From positions 68,200,001-68,264,000 of the forward strand of contig CM060732.1 of NCBI GenBank assembly GCA_030704615.1: a DNA stretch of 64,000 nt. Reading direction: 5' to 3'. Position 1 is the stretch's first letter, and each line of letters begins with the position of its first letter. The DNA comes from Takakia lepidozioides. Its lineage: Eukaryota > Plantae > Bryophyta. Both the position numbers and the translations under genes were made by a program. Shown here piece by piece: positions 61,924 to 64,000 of this stretch. The notes beneath the pieces are model-generated. The model was not told the DNA's origin. It ran no database searches and saw only the letters and a list, made by a program, of their open reading frames with translations.

Positions 61924-64000
61924 GATAAACAGTTTTTCATTCATTTTTAAAGCTGCCCTCATCCCCATTGTTCAGCTTCACTTACATAAGACTACTGGAG
62001 GTGGCCAGTCACCAGCGTAAGTTGACTGGTTGTAGTCAGTTCAGATACATTCTTGGTCGCTTGTACAAAATGGCGCATTGTTAGAAGTGATGACTCAAGG
62101 ACCGCATACCCTTTTCTCTTGTCCTTTTTCTTGTTTTCTGCTCTTCTGCCCTTGTGGCTAAGATCACATGAACTGGCTCCAATAGGTACTTTCCAGAGCT
62201 GATGGCCTCCTGACTACAGTTGGCCATGGATTGTTATGAACAGGTCAGCGCTATTTATTGCTTTTTCCTTGCTGGCTAGGCTCTATGCGAGGAAGCCTAC
62301 TATGTAATAGGTGTGAGAAAGGGTTGTACAGCTCATGCCAAAAACTGGCTGCAAGCCTAGTTTATTTCCACATGTGATATGGTCCATCACAGTATGAAAG
62401 AATATAACACTGGGAGGAAGCAGAGTTGTCTTCCACCACAAACAGTGGTTGGACATCAGACTAATGATTTGACTGCAACAAAATTGAGGTCAGTACATCT
62501 GGTTGGAAAGTATATTTGGGTATTGTCTATTCATGGCTGAAAGTTGCTCAATCCTCTCTGGATTGCCAGTCTAAGGTTCACAAGATATGTGTGTCTAATA
62601 ATGGGCTGTCAAATTTCTTGTCATGGTGTAAAGTGTGCATAATAATCACATGCACCAAGCATACCAATACTTGGAGCAAGTCCTGCAAACCTTGATGAGT
62701 ATCTGATTGCTGAGAAATGCAATCGAGAAATGTCTGAAGGTGTACAATAGTCCTTCTCATGATGCAGACAGGGACCTTGTCCTTCAGGTAATGGCCCAGC
62801 AAGAGCATCCGTGATACACGGGGTACATCTCATGTCGTGAGATATTATGATCGCCAGGTCGTCTGCTGACCTGCAGGGATTGGCGGGGTGATCGATGCCG
62901 CCAAGTTTGTGTGGAGATCTGTTGTCGAGCACACATACGGCGACCTCACACGCGACTGGTGTTGGAGCACAAACACTAGGCTCATGAGCTTGTGACATGG
63001 CCCAATAGGAACGCTAGCAAGCACCGTCAAAACTCCCCGCTCTTACCATTTGTGGCTTCCTGCGGAACCGCTTGCATTCTCTTAAGCTGGATTTCACGTT
63101 TGCCATCTAACCATGTCATGATTAGAACGTGGCAGCAACTAGAGCACCTTTGTCTGTTTCTTTCCCATCTCAGAAGCTTCATAGTCTCCACTCCTAGGTT
63201 GTCCACCCCCAATTTACTTTCAATGCAGTCTATGAGCCCGCAGTCCGATCAAGTCCCAACATCTCCTGAAGCGCACTGGGATCTCCTTGGTTGATGGATG
63301 GGAGGGAAGCATGTCAAGCTTCTTCTCCCCCACATAGGTTTGTTGATAAGTTCTGATACATCTCCTTTCAGCTGTAGCTGGCACATTTAACTATCCGGGA
63401 GGGTTAGAATATGCACCAAGGTAGCCAGAGAGAGAGAGAGAGGGGGGCGGTCTAACAGAGGCTAAGTTAAATAGATGGATGGGAACGGGGCATGGACGTT
63501 CAACGCTGACGGACATCAAGTCAAAGGGGTGCCAGGACTGAGATTCGCGATGACAACGCCGTCTGTACGCGAAAAGCCAAGGAAGGCGAAGGGCATCCAT
63601 CGTGGCAGCCTCGTGGGCTTCATATAAGTGGTAGCCGCGAAGTCCGTGGGCAAACGATATGGGATATATCGCAGCTGCCCTCATTTATGGAGAAAGGACA
63701 CCTCGCTGTACATCTGGCTTGGGTGTGGTAGCCCCCTCACCTACATAGGCTTTATCTTGTCCACTCGGGTTTGCATTCCTCCTTGTAATGGCCCACAAAG
63801 GACACTTTGGCATTAACGCTTCAATGCTGCAAGAATAGCAACTCACTCCTGGTCACTCAAACTATGCGGTGCGTATCATCGATACTGCCATAGGTACTCT
63901 CTTGGACTGTGCTCGGTTACTATGCAAATGAGAATGACTCGACCAAATTGATGCTTGTTTTAGTGATGAAGGCCCAAGGGTACTTACCATGTAACTAATC

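Noticed and set aside
62578-63720. Degenerate coding-like sequence and a (GA)n-bounded segment resembling a retroelement end
   Set aside because: No identifiable domain, TSD or match to the LINE terminus seen elsewhere in the window.

Overview
Gene-dense, intron-containing nuclear DNA from a land plant. PLS/DYW-type PPR debris, bryophyte-style F-box genes and compact introns suggest a non-seed plant such as a hornwort (inference). Spliced host genes reconstructed from GT-AG junctions: FAHD1 (-, runs off the left edge), a CCDC137-like gene (+), a variant-WRKY gene with an unusual ~800-aa extension (-), plastid RPL6 (+), a zeta-crystallin-type quinone oxidoreductase (+), PNO1 (-, C-terminal frameshift) and the RING E3 ligase AIP2 (+). 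About half the window is mobile DNA or debris. The largest element is a 14.5-kb Mutator-like element (7601-22076; long TIRs, 9-bp TSD) with a SWIM/DDE transposase, a Ulp1-type protease and unknown ORFs. It contains a nested CACTA-like element and a solo LTR, and it interrupts an F-box pseudogene that also carries a tRNA-derived SINE. Also present: several copies of a (TC)n-tailed LINE family, a Ty3/gypsy remnant with an extra 469-codon ORF, a decayed Sola/DUF7869-like transposase beside an FCP1-like pseudogene, and a collapsed tandem duplicate of the PNO1-AIP2 pair. Best candidate for a new system: the variant WRKY domain (WKEYGRK) fused to a C-terminal domain with features of a beta-pore-forming toxin, with an inverted partial self-copy 100 bp past its stop codon. 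This is a hypothesis from sequence patterns only and needs structure prediction to test.
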